Shown here: one piece after another, positions 10,805 to 23,588 of the stretch
Layout of the letters: each line of letters opens with the position of its first letter
Numbering within the stretch: position 1 is the first letter of the stretch
Assembly: GCF_036365525.1 (NCBI RefSeq)
Contig: NC_090399.1
Location: forward strand, 61,350,430 to 61,414,429
DNA length: 64,000 nucleotides
Direction: 5' to 3'
From: Heterodontus francisci
Lineage: Eukaryota
Made by a program: the position numbers and the translations under genes
Notes under the pieces: model-generated
What the model was told of the DNA's origin: nothing
Seen by the model: only the letters and a program-made list of their open reading frames with translations
The model's database searches: none

Positions 10805-13550
10805 AGAAAAAGGAATGAAACCAGACGGACCACCCGGCATCGACCTCGGCACCAGAAACGACAACGGCAAACCCAACCCTGTCGACCCTGCAAAGTCCTC
10901 CTTACTAACATCTGGGGGCATGTGCCAAAGTTGGGAGAGCTGTCCCACAAACTAGTCAAGCAACTGCCTGGCATAGTCATACTCACGGAATCATACCTTA
11001 CAGATAATGTCCCAGACACTGCAATCACTATCCCTGGGTATGTCCTGTCCCACTTCAGGACAGACCCATCAGAGGTGGTGGCACAGTGGTATACAGTTGG
11101 GAGGGAGTTGCCCTGGGAGTCCTCAACATTGAATCCGGACCCCATGAAGTCTCATGGCATCAGGTCAAACATGGGCAAGGTAACCTCCTACTGATTACCA
11201 CCTACCGCCCTCCCTCAGCTGATGACTCAGTACTACACCATGTTGAACACCACTTGGAGGAATCACTGAGGGTGGCAAGGGCACAGAATGTACTCTGGGT
11301 GGGGGACTTCAATGTTCATCACCAAGCGTGGCTCGGTAGCACCACTACTGACCGAGCTGGCCGAGTCCTAAAGGACATAGCTGCTAGACTGGGTCTGTGG
11401 CAGGTGGTGGGTGAACCAACACAAGGGAAAAACCTACTTGACCTCGTCCTCACCAATCTGCCTGCTGCAAATGCTTCTGTCCATGACTGTATTGGTAGGA
11501 GTGACCACCTCACAGTCCTTGTGGAGATGAGGTCCCGCCTTCACATTGAGGATACTGTCCATCGTGTTGTGTGGCACTATCACCGTGCTAAATGGGATAG
11601 ATTTTGAACAGATCTAGCAATGCAAAACTGGGCATCCATGAGGCGCTGTGGGCCATCAGCAGCAGCAGAATTGTACTCAACCACAATCTGTAACCTCATG
11701 GCCCGGCATATCCCCCACTCTACCATGACCATCAAGCCAGAAGACCAACCCTGGTTCAATGAAGAGTGCAGGAGGGCATGCCAGGAGCAGCACCAGGCAT
11801 ACCTCAAAATGAGGTGTCAACCTGGTGAAGCTACAACACAGGACTATCTGCGTGCCAAACTGTGTAAGCAGCATGCGATAGACAGAGCTAAGTGATCCCA
11901 TAACCAACGTATCAGATCTAAGCTCTGCAGTCCTGCTACATCCAGCTGTGAATGGTGGTGGACAATTAAACAACTAACTGGAGGAGGTGGCTCTTAAATA
12001 TCCCCATCCTCAATGTTGGGGGAGCCCAGCACATCAGTGCGAAAGATAAGGCTGAAGCATTTGCAACAATCTTCAGCCAGAAGTGCCGATGATCCATCTC
12101 GGCCTCCTCCTGAAGTCCCCAGCATCACAGATGCCTGATTTCAGCCAATTCGATTCACTCCGCGTGATATCAAGAAACGACTGAAGACACTGGATACTGC
12201 AAAAACTACGGCCCTGATAAAATTCCAGCAATAGTACTGAAGATCTGTGCTCCAGAACTTGCCGCGCGCCCTAGCCAAGCTGTTCCAGTACAGCTACAAC
12301 ACTGGCATCTACCCTGCAATGTGGAAAATTGCCCAGGTATGTCCTGTACACAAAAAACAGGACAAATCCAACCCGGCCAATTACTGCCCCATCAGCCTAC
12401 TCTCTATCATCAGTAATGTGATGGAAGGGGTCATCAACAGTGCCATCAAGCGGCACTTGCTAAGCAATAACCTGTCCAGTGACGCTCAATTTGGGTTGCG
12501 CCAGGGCCACTCAGCTCCTGACCTCATTAGAGCCTTGGTTCAAACATGGACAAAAGAGCTGAACTCAAAAGGTGAGGTGAGAGTGACTGCCCTTGACATC
12601 AAGGCAGCATTTGACCGAGTATGGCATCAAGGAGCCCGAGCAAAACTGAGGTCAATGGGAATCAGGGGGAAAACCCTCCGCTGGCTGGAGTCATACCTAG
12701 GGCAAAGGAAGATGGTTGTGGTTGTTGGAGGTCAATCATCTGAGCTCCAGGACATCACTGCTGGAGTTCCTCAGGGTAGTGTCCTAGGCCCAACCATCTT
12801 TAGCTGCTTCATCAATGATCTTCCTTCAATCATAAGGTCAGAAGTGGGGATGTTCGCTGATGATTACACAATGTTCAGCACCATTTGTGACTCCTCAGAT
12901 ACTGAAGCAGTCTGTGTAGAAATGCAGCAAGACCTGGACAATATCCAGGCTTGGGCTGATAAGTGGCAAGTAACATTCGCGAGTAACTCTCCTCCTGACT
13001 CCCCAAAGCCTGTCCACCATCTACAAGGCACAAGTCAGGAGTATGATGGAATACTCTCCACTTGTCTGGATGGGTGCAGCTCCAACAACACTGAAGAAGC
13101 TCGACACCATCCAGGACAAAGCAGCCCGCTTGATTGGCACCCCATCTACAAACATTCACTCCCTCCACCACCGACGCACAGTGGCAGCAGTGTGTACATT
13201 CTAGAAGATGCACTGCAGCAATGCACCAAGGCTCCTTGGACAGCACCTTCCAAACCCGCGACCTCTACCACCTAGAAGGACAAGGGCAGCACATACATAG
13301 GAACATCACCACCTGCAAGTTCGCGTCCAAGTCACACACCATCCTGACTTGGAACTATATCGCCGTTCCTTCACTATCGCTGGGCCAAAATCCTGGAACT
13401 CGCTTCCTTTCAGTGGGTGTACCTACCCCACATGGACTGCAGCGGTTGAAGAAGGCAGCTCATCACCACCTTCTCAAGGGCAATTAGGGATGGGCAATAA
13501 ATGCTGGCCTGGCCAGCGTCGCCCACATCCCATGAATGAATAAAAAAAAA
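10805..13550 (+). mobile_element. CR1-group LINE (APE + RT), near full ORF, disrupted, nested in the copia element
   Basis: APE motifs (VILTESYL, YRPP, VGDFNVH, LDLVLTN, SDH) and RT motifs (ALDIKAAFDRVWH, GVPQGSVLGP, MFADD). Ends catgaatgaataaaaaaaa. Internal deletion near 12980. Confidence 0.93.
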
Positions 13551-14396
13551 GAAACCCTCATGACCATCAAGTGTTAGTGGCTGCCAATAAACTTTAGGAT
13601 AAACTAATGAGAGGCAAAACCAAAGGAGTTCGAGAGTTGGAGAGAGTTTGGTGGTTATTCTGAGCTATCAGATAGGGGACAGCCAGCCTTGTGACATAAA
13701 TGGATTTGTGCTGAAAAAGTGTTGCGGATGTGACTTATAAGGCTAAAGTGAGGCTTGTTGCTGGGTTTCTTTAAGAGGGACTGGGCAATACAGATGATGG
13801 AGTGGACTCTGCCACAGCTGGAAAAGTAATCTTAAACATCTGTTTTGAGCTCTTTTGGCCACATAGTCATTGGAGGGTCGGTCAATTGACATAAAAGTTG
13901 CATTTCTGCAGGGTAACACTTTTCAGCGTGAAATGTTTCTGAAACTGACTAGAGGCAGCAGATACAGAAGGAAAACTATGGAAACTAAACAAATGCATCA
14001 ATGGCCTGAATGATGCTTCCAGGGTGTGGTATCTTTCAGTGAGATCTGTTTTGCTGAAAATAGCTTCTGTTCAACTAAAAGTAGATCCGCAATGTTTTAT
14101 TTGTATCCTAAAGGAACACTTTCAGGAATCTTCATGATTCGTGTTAATGATTTCTTATGGGGTGGTATTGGAGAATTTGAGAAATGTGTTCTTTCTCAGA
14201 TTAGATTAGAATTTAAAATTGGGAGTCAGACCAGTGGGACTTTTAAATATATTGGTTTAGATATGAAGCAAAGTAGATCTGAAGTAACTTTAATCACAAT
14301 CCTAATAGAGAGGTGTTACTCCCATCCTGGTTAATTGGTCATCAGAGAAAGATGATGTTATATCTGAAGAAGAGACAGAACAATTTCAAAGCTGAT

Positions 14397-15891
14397 TTTT
14401 TTCCCAAAGATATGCTTTATTTATAAAATTTTTAAAAGTATACTGCAAAATTCAAATTGTATATTTCATCAAGTTCAGTTTCTTTCAATGCGGTCCAGGA
14501 GGTGCCTCACAACTCTTGCCATACAGCCCGAGGGGTTTTACATGGGTTCCACCCTTGTTACACTTTGACAGTAGGACCTTACATAGTGGTCTTTCCCCAT
14601 TGAGCCTTTGCTGCCCCAAGCTTTAATGCATCCCTCAACATGTAGTTCTATACCTTGGAATGTGCCAGTCTGCAACACTTGGTTGTGGACAACTCTTTGC
14701 ACTGGAAGACCAGCATGTTTTGGGCAGATTAAAGTGAGTCTTTCATCTGGTTGATGATTATCTCAGTGTGCGTCCCTGGTAACAGCCTGTAGAGCACAGA
14801 GTCCTGCATTATGGAGCTGCTCGGGATGAACCTCGACAAAATCCACTGCATCTCTTTGCAGACCTGCCTTGCAAATGCACATTCCAGAAGGAGGTGGGTG
14901 ACAGTCTCTCCCCCATCACAGCCACCTCGAGGGCAGTGTGCAGAGGCGGTGAGACTCTGGCTATGCAGGAAGGATCTGATGGGGAGGGCCCTTGTCACCG
15001 CCAGCCAAGCTATGTCTTGGTGCTTGTTTGAATGTTCTGGCAATGAGGCATTCTGCCAAATGACTCTGACAGTCTGCTCGGGGAACCATCCGACAGGATC
15101 CACCATCTCCTTTTCCCGCAGGGCCTTGAGGACGTTCTGTGCGGACCAATGCCTGATGGACTTCTGGTCAAAGATGTTTTTCAGTACAAACATTTCCACA
15201 AGGGAGAGGTGGTACTGGACAGTCCAACTGAATGGAGCGTTCCACGGTAACGTAGCCAGACCCATCCTTCACAATACTGAGGACAGACAGATCAACAGCA
15301 CATAGTGACAGCTTGTGTCTGCATACCCGAGGTCTACGCACAGCTTGATGCAGCCACAGACAAAGGTGGCCATCAGGATGAGGGTGATAGGGTGATGTTG
15401 GGTACGTTTCCCCTCCCCCCCTTTATCTAGAGGTTTGAACATCATGTCCCTGCGGACGTGGTCCATTTTCAATCTCCAGGTAAAGTAGAAGAAAGCTCTG
15501 GTGACCGCCATGACGCAGAAGTGGATATGGGCCGTCCTGTGCCATGTACAGCAACACTGAGAGCGCCTCACACCTGATGACCAGGTTCTTAGCCACAATA
15601 TAGAGGGAGTGCCACTCCCACATGACCAGTTTCTGTTTCCCCATGGCTACTCACTCCTTCCGGTTTTTGTCCCCAGCCCCAGTCCCTCCGAGCCATATCC
15701 CCAGCACCTTCAGACAGTCTGACCTGACAGTGAAGGAGACCAAGGATCGATTGGCACAATTCCCAAAGAACTTGGCCTCTTTCTTGCCACAATTTACTTT
15801 GGCTCTAGAGGCCAGTTCAAAGTGGTCACAGATGCTCATCAGTGTGCGAACTGACAGCGGATCTGAGCAGAAGACGGCAACATCATCCATG
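14397..15891 (-). mobile_element. L1/Tx1-clade LINE, 5'-truncated at the (Y)MDD motif, nested in copia RT
   Basis: MDDVAVFC..ASRAKVN, LKVLGIW and C-terminal CPRGGC..ETVTHLLLEC. AATAAA and poly(A) at 14397-14421. TSD caaagct(t)gat (14387-14396, 15892-15902) restores the copia frame EQFQSLIGHLNW. Confidence 0.9.
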
Positions 15892-16719
15892 CAAAGCTTG
15901 ATCGGTCACTTGAACTGGTTGTGCACTCAGACTAGACCAGATTCTAGTTTTGATATGTTGGTGTTAAGTTCTATGATGAAACACCATAAAGTCAAAAAGG
16001 TTTGAAGGGCAAATAAAATGTTGAAAAAATAAATCTGGAGAAATGTGTACTTAAGTTCCCAACTTAGGTGACCCAAAGAACATACAATAGTTATTTTTAG
16101 TGAGGCTTCACCTGCTAATCTTCCTGATTGGTATTAGAGTGCAGCTGGTTTCATGTTATTTCTAATGGGTGAAAATGGGAAATGTTGTCCTTTAGTTAGG
16201 AAGGTTAAGAAAATAAAGCAGGCCTATTAAAAGTACTTTAGTGCAGAAACACTGGCTTTTGTGAGGCAGTGGGATTCTATTTGACAAACATTTTAAGTAG
16301 GATTCTATACAATGGACATACTGGGAGATAGTCTACCCATTGAATGCCATGTAGATAATCGTTCCTTTTGGGATAATGTACACTCTATGAAACATGTGAG
16401 TGAGAAAAGGATATGGATTGACTTTACTGGCTTAAAACAAATGTTGGAGAGAAATGAAATCTCTAAAATTAAATGGGTAGCTGCAAGTCACCAACAATCT
16501 GAATTGTTTTACAAAAAGAAATGCTTGTACAAAGAACTTGTTAGGGGTCCTTGGGCCGAAGGGCCTGTTTCGGTGCTGTATCTCTCTCTCTCTCTCTTTG
16601 ACTCTCCATGTCCTCGAGGAGGAGCATCTGGCAATATAACGCTCTGTACTGAATATGGAAATTGTTTCTGATTTTCTTTTGAAATGTTATTTGTGCATAT
16701 TAACTCTTAAGATTTATTT

Positions 16720-16736
16720 AAAAAGAAAGAAGGGAA
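16720..16736 (+). promoter_or_regulatory. Polypurine tract of the copia element
   Basis: AAAAAGAAAGAAGGGAA, ending 2 nt before the 3' LTR. Confidence 0.85.
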
Positions 16737-16738
16737 TC

Positions 16739-16942
16739 TGTTAATTGTATATCAATTGTGTTTATTTATATGCAGGTGAAGGGCATTAATTGGAGTTTTA
16801 TTTTAGCACATATAAAGTGACACTTACTGAAACTGTGTGGTCGAGTTAGGAGGTATATGCTTGTAATGTTTCACACTGTAAAGACTGAGTAAAGTTTGGG
16901 TCCCATATCATCCTTCATCAGTTGGTTTTCTGCAATAGAACA
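16739..16942 (+). repeat. 3' LTR of the copia element
   Basis: TGTTAATTG...AGAACA (TG..CA ends); a diverged copy of 7017-7227. Confidence 0.88.
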
Positions 16943-17020
16943 AGAGAGACAGACACTGCATTAAGATTGTACAGTAAGCACCAGTTATAAAGTTCCAGTT
17001 GAAGGCCATTGAATGATCTG

Positions 17021-20000
17021 TTTTTTTTAAAATTCATTCATGAGGTGTGACAGTCACTGGCAAGGCCACAGCATTTATTTCCCATCCCTTATTGCCCATG
17101 AGAAGGTAGTAATGAGCTGCCTTCTTGAACCGCTGCTGTCCGTGTGGTGTAGGTACACCCACAGTGCTGTTAGGGAGGGAAACCAGGATTTTGTCCCAGC
17201 GACAGTGAAAGAACAGTGATATACTTTCAAGTCGCATGATGTGTGACTTGGAGGGGAATTTACAGGTGATGGTGTTCCCATATGTCTGCTGTCCTTGTCC
17301 TTGTAGGTGGTAAAGGTTGAGGATTTGGAGAATGCTGTTGAAGGAGGCTTGGTAAGTTGTTGCAATGGATCTTGTAGATGGTACACACTGCTACACTGTG
17401 CACTGGTGGTGGATGGGTGCAGATCAAGAGGTTGATTTTTCCTGGATGGTGTCGAGCTTCTTGAATGTTGTTGGAGCTGCACTCATCCAGGCAAGTGGAG
17501 AGTATTTCATCACACACCTGACTTAAGCTTTCCAAATATTGAGCAGAATTTGGGGAATTACTCACATCAGAATTCCCAGATGCTGACCTGCTCTTGTAGG
17601 TACAGTATATAGCTGCTTAAGCTAATTTTCTGGTCAATGGTAAACCCCACTGCCTTCCTCCAAATGTTGAACGTGGTATTTCAGTGACGGTAATGTTGTT
17701 GAATGTCAAAGGGAGATGGTTAGATTCTCTCTTGTTGGAGATGGTCATTGCCTGGCATTGTGTGGCATGAATATTACTTACCACTTATCAGCATAAGCCT
17801 GAAGGTTAAATGTTGTCCAGATCTTGCTACAGGTGGGCATGGACTGCTTCAGTATCTGAGGAGTGGCACACGGTACTGAACACTGTGCCATCCTCAGTGA
17901 CTATGCAATATCCTTGGGAGAGATTATTGGCCTCCTAACCACAACCATCTTCCCTTTGTGCTGGGTATGATTCCAACCAGTGGAGAGTTTTCCCCCGATT
18001 CCCATTGACTTCCAATTTTGTGAGTGCTCCTTGATGTCATACTCGGTCAAAGGCTGCCTTGATGTCAAGGGCAGTCACTCTCACCTCACTTCCTGAATTC
18101 ATCTCTTTTGTCCAAGTTTGATCCAAGCTGTAGTGAGGTCTGGAGCCGAGTGCCCTGGTGGAACCCAAACTGAGCATTGGTTAGCAGGTTGCTGCTGAGT
18201 AAGTGCCGCTTGACAGCGCTGTCGACAACACCTTCTCTCACTTTGCTGATGATTAGAGTAGACTGATGGGGTGGTAATTGTCTGGATTGAATTGGGCTGC
18301 TATATGTGGACAGGACACACCTGGGCAATGTTCCACATTGTCGAGTAGATGCCAGTGTTGTAGCTGTACTGGAACTGCTTGGCGAGGGGTGCAGCTAGTT
18401 CTGGAGCACGAATTTTCAGTACTACAACTTGGATGTTTTCAGGGCCCATAGCCTTTGCTGTATCCACAGTGCGCTGCTATTTCTCAGAGTCATAGAGTTA
18501 AACAGCACAGAAACAGGCCCTTTGGCCCACTGTGGTCTGCGCCGGCCATCAAGCCTATCTATTCTAATCCCATTTTCCAGCACTTGGCCCGTAGCCTTGT
18601 ATGCTATGGCATTTCAAGTGCACATCTAAATACTTCTTAAATGTTGTGAGGGTTCCTGCCTCTACCACCCCTTCAGGCAGTGTGTTCCAGATTCCAACCA
18701 CCTGCTGGGTGAAATTTCTTTTCCTCAAATCCCCTCTAAACCTCCTCCCCTTAAATCTATGCCCCTTGGTTATTGACCCCTCTGCTAAGGGAAAAAGTTT
18801 CTTCCTATCTACCCAATCTATGCCCCTCATAATTTTGTATTCCTCTATCAGATCTCCCGTCAGCCTTCTCTGCTCTAAGGAAAACAATCCTAGCCTATCC
18901 AATCTCTCTTCATAGCTGAAATGCTCCAGCCCAGGCAATTTCCTCTGCACCCTCTGCAGTGCAATCACATCCTTCCTATAATGTGGCGACCAGAACTGTA
19001 CACAGTACTCCAGCTGTGGCCTAACTAGCATTTTATACAGCTCCATCATAACCTCCCTGCTCTTATATTCTATGCCTTGGCTAATAAATGCAAGTATCTC
19101 ATATACCTTCCTCGCCACCTTATCTACCTATCTTGATATCATGTGGAGTGAAACTGGCTGAAGACTGGCATCTATGATGCTGGGGTCCTCAGTAGGAGGC
19201 CAAGATGGATCATGCACTCCACACATATGGCTGGAGATGGTTGAAAATATTTCAAACTTGTCTTTTGCACTGACATCCTGGGCTCCCCCATCATTGAGGA
19301 TGGGGTTGTTTGTGAAGCCTCCTCCTCCTGTTAGTTGTTTAATTGTTCTCCGCCATTCCTGACTGGATGTGACAGGACTGCAGAGCCTGGATCTGATTCG
19401 TTGGTTGTGGGATCGATTAGCTCTCTCTATCCCATGCTGCTTCTTCTGCTTATCATACATGTAGTCCTGTGTTGTAGCTTCACCAGGTTGGCACCTCATT
19501 TTTAGGTATGCCTGGTGCTGCTCCTGGCATGCTCTCCTGCACTCCTCATAGAACCAGGATAGGTCCTCTGGCTTGATGCTAATGGTAGAGTGGAGGATAT
19601 GAAAGGCCATGAGGTTACAGATTGTGGTTGAATATAATTCTGCTGCTGCTGATGGCCCACAGTGTCTCATGGATTCCCAGCTTTGAGCTGCCACACCTGT
19701 TTTGAATCTATCCCATTTATCATGGTGATAGTGCCATGCAACATGATGGAGGGTCTCCTCAGTGTGAAGATGGGACTTCATCTGCTCAAGAACTATGTGT
19801 AGCCACTCCTACCAAGACTGACATGGGCAGTTGGTGAGGTAAAGTATGTTTTTCCCTCTTGTTGGTTCTCTCATCACCTGCTGCAGGCCCAGTCTGGCAG
19901 ATATGCCCTTCAGGACTTGGGCAGCTTGGTCAGTAATGGTGCTGCCAAACTGCTGTTGGTGATGGACATTGAAGTCCCCTACCCAGAGTACATTCTGTAC

Positions 20001-20790
20001 CCTTGCTGCCCTCAGTGCTTCTTCCAAGTGATGTTTATCATGGATGAGTGATTCAACAGCTGAGGGGGAGCTGTAGGTGGTATTCAGCAGGAGGTTTCCT
20101 TGTTTATTTTTGACCTGATGACATAAGACATCATGGGGTCTGGAGTCGATGTTGAGGACTTCCAGGACAACTACCTCCCAACTGTATACCACTGTGCTGC
20201 CACCAATGGTGGTTCTGTCCTGTCGGTGGGACAGGACATACCCAGGGATGGTGATGGAGGAGTCTAGGACATTGGCTGTAAGGTATGATTCTGTGAGTAT
20301 GACTATGTCAGGCTCTTGTTTGACTGGTCTGTGGCACAGCTCTCCCAATTTCGGCACAAGTCCCCAGATGTTAGCGACGAGAGCTTTGCAGGGTCGACTG
20401 GGCAGGGTGGAGCCTTTGTTTTTTTCGCTGTCTAGGTCAATGCCGGGTGGTCTGTCTATTTTTATTCTTTGACTTTTCTGTCATGGTTTGATACAATTGA
20501 GTGGCTTGCTAGGCCATTTCAGAGGGCAGTTAAGAGTCAACCAAATTACAGTCAGTCTGAAGTCACATGTAGGTCAGATCAGGTAAGGACAGCAGTGAAC
20601 CAGATGGGTTTTTATGACAATCTGGTAACTTGATGATTCCAATTTCTGAGACATACTTTTTATTTTATTTTATTTATGAAATAATTGAATTTAAACTGCA
20701 CCAGCTTTAATTGAGGGATTTGAACTCATGCCTATGGAGTATTAGTCTGAGCTTCTGGATTAGTTGTCCTGTAACATTACTACTATACTA
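17021..20790 (-). mobile_element. Second copy of the CR1-group LINE, with a tRNA/Deu SINE-like 5' head (20790-20500)
   Basis: ORFs 19809-20357, 19128-19781, 18086-18328 and 17034-17565 match the copy at 10805-13550. The 5' end has a Pol III B box GAGTTCAAATCCC (20727-20715) followed by a SINE body. Confidence 0.9.
18487..19128 (-). mobile_element. CR1 3' fragment nested in the LINE above
   Basis: LYKMLVRPQLEYCVQFWSPHYRKD and LGLFSLEQRRL; tail ctctatgactct. Confidence 0.92.
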
Positions 20791-21009
20791 TTGATCCGTT
20801 GAGACAGAAGATGAGCCATGATCATAGTGAATGGTGGGGAAGGTTCGATGGGCCTTATCATCGACTCCTCCTATTTCTTCTGTGCTTAGAATCCTATTTT
20901 TACAACATATCTGCAAATGAGTCAGTAAAACAAATATGAATAAATTAATCCATGATAATCTTATTCAACATCAGGAATAACAACTTTTTCCACATTACGT
21001 GACATTTAA

Positions 21010-21755
21010 AAGAATATAAGAAATAGGAGCAGCAGTAGACCATACGGTTCGTCAAGTCTGCTCCACTTTTCAATTTGATCATGGCTGATCTTCTGCCTCA
21101 ATTCCACTTTCCATCCCATTCCCCATATCCCTTGATTCCCTGAGTGACCTGTCTCTCTCAGCCTTAAATATATTCAACGATGGAGCATCCACAACCCTCT
21201 GGGGTAGAGAATTCCAAAGATTCACAACGCTTGGAGTGAAGTAATTTCTCCTCATCTCATTCCTAAATGATCGGTCCTGTATCCTGACACTGTGCCCCCG
21301 GATTCTAGATTCCCTGATCAGTGGAAACAATCTCTCAGTATCTACCCTATCCAGCATCTTCAGAATGCTATATGTTTCAATGAGATCACCTCTCATTCTT
21401 CTAAACTCCAGAGAACATGAACCCAATTTACTCAGCCTCTTATCATAGGACAATTCTCTCATCCTAGGAACCAATCTAGTGAACCTTTAAAGTACAGCCT
21501 CCAATGCAAATAGATCTTTCCTTCAGTATAGTGATTGGAATTGCACAAAGCATTCCAGATGTGGTCTCACCAAAGCCCTGTACAATTGTGGCAAGATTTC
21601 CTTATTCCTGGACTCCAATTCCCTTGCATTTGCCTTCCTAATTGCTTGCTGTACCTACATGTTAACTTTCTATGAGTACACCTAAGCACTGCTGAACACC
21701 AATGTTTGGAAGTTTCACACCTTTTAAAAAATAATCTGCTTTTCTATTTTTTCAC
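21010..21755 (-). mobile_element. CR1 3' fragment
   Basis: ORF 21079-21474 (SLEFRRMRGDLIETY, VVNLWNSLP). Confidence 0.9.
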
Positions 21756-22299
21756 ACTAGGTCACAACAGGATGCATCTGTCCTGAGCTCAGCATTTCAA
21801 GGCATCAACAGTTTAGCTAATATTTACATATCCTTTCACACCTTATGTGACAATTTGCATACTGCAATTTATTCTTACACATCTTGTTAAATACTTGTTA
21901 TTAAAAATGGAGAAGAGAAAGTTTATCCCATGTATACTCTTCACCTTGAAGAGAAGGAATCCTATCCAACTCCTCACATTTAGACAATTAGTTTTTAATT
22001 AATGCAGCCAATTTAAAACTCAAATATTTTGTCAAACATTTCATTAAGCATCACAAATAACATACATCATGATTATTAGTACAGTGATTACAATTCTCTG
22101 AGCACAAATTATAATCATAGACCAAATCCCTCTCCATGGGTGCTGACTGACATTATACCCTACTTTGCACCATTTATTATTGCCTAACATTACTGTGCCC
22201 CTTTCCATGGTAGTTTATATGACAGTGACTACAAACATCAGTTATATTACAGCTTGGTGGCATAGTGACATTCAGACACATTTTATCTGTCTCACTCTA

Positions 22300-22623
22300 G
22301 ACAAGGACAAACTGTACCGATTAACTAATGGTACAAGGACTAGGGGACACAGATTGAAGGTTTTGGGCAAGAGAAGCGTGGGAATATGAGAAAGAACTTG
22401 TTACACAGCGGGTGGTAAGGATCTGGAACTCGCTGCCCACAAGGGTGGTGGAAGTGGAGGCAATCAATGACTTCAAAAGGAAATTAGATGGCCAGTTGAA
22501 GGAAATATATCTTCAGGAGATTGAGTGGGGGAGTAGGACTGATTAGGGAGCTCCGTGGAGAACTGGCATGGACTTGATGGGCCGAATGGCCTCCTTCTGT
22601 GCTGGATATGACTCTATGACTCT
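22300..22623 (+). mobile_element. CR1 3' fragment
   Basis: TRTRGHRLKVLGKR; 3' end gggccgaatggcctccttctgtgctg...tgactctatgactc. Confidence 0.88.
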
Positions 22624-23588
22624 CCATACGATCTCTGTAGTAGTAGGTAGCCTCTCAAGGTAGGTAACCAGACCTAGAACAATTAATACTCTAAGAAACA
22701 CATTCCACCTGCCGGCAAGGTGTAGTATTTATTCCTTGACAGTTTTGAGCTGATTAATGTGATACTATTTGATATAACTCAGACATTTCTTACTTAAAAA
22801 CTGAACTATATACATGGCAGGACTGGCCTGATCAGTGATAGGGTATAGTCCTGCCGTTTTTGTTCTAACAAAATGGTCCTTTTTACCATAATTTAGGACC
22901 ATTACAGAGTCTCCAATTTGATACTCAAATGGATGATCCTATTTGTCAAAGTACTTTTAGACCTGATTCTTGGATTCTCCCAAATTCCATGTTACGAATT
23001 GATTCGTCTGATCGATGTAATGGATCATCTGCTTCAACCACTCAGTGGTACAACTGCTTTAAAGCAAAGGACCTGCTGTGGGCACCAGTAGGTGTCCAGG
23101 CATACACATCAGACATCCTGTCATTACCCGAAAGGGGTAAGTTCATGTAGTACGACACTGTCTAGATCACATCACCAGTAAATACATTGGTAACATGCTC
23201 ACCCATTGAAAGGGGTGATCTGCACAGAACTTTTTAAACATTGTTTGAAGTCCTATTCTCTCTTTCCACTACTCCAGATCATTGAGGATGGTGACATATG
23301 GGCAATTTGTATTTAATCCTCATCAATTTCTGTCGTTCAGTAAAAACGTTTCCTGTAAGATGTGATCCTTGATCACTAGCTACCTGTATGTGCACTCCCC
23401 ACCTGCAGATCACCTCAATCAATGGTATTTTAGCCTCAACAAAAGCACGATTATTATGGTAAGGAAAAGCCTCTGTCCATTTGATCAACTTGTCTAATAT
23501 AAGTAGCACATGTTACTGGTTAACTGGAGGAGTTGGCAATGAACTGATAACATCGAGCTGAAGGTGCATCCAGGGTCCTGCAGGAGGT

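Larger units (their letters stand above)
7017..16942 (+). mobile_element. Full-length but decayed Ty1/copia LTR retrotransposon (GalEa-like), with nested insertions
   Basis: Two LTRs, a PBS and a PPT. Domains in order: gag (PYNQWKHEVDWW; knuckle CFRCDSKCCYVMNCP near 8270), integrase (LHRQFTH..CEIC, TDNGGEF, SNGLCERNH), RT (YKAKVRLVAG, DIKVAFLQG, GLNDASRVWY, VNDFLWGG, QTRPD), then RNase H remnants. Integrase before RT is the copia order. Many stops and frameshifts. Confidence 0.9.
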
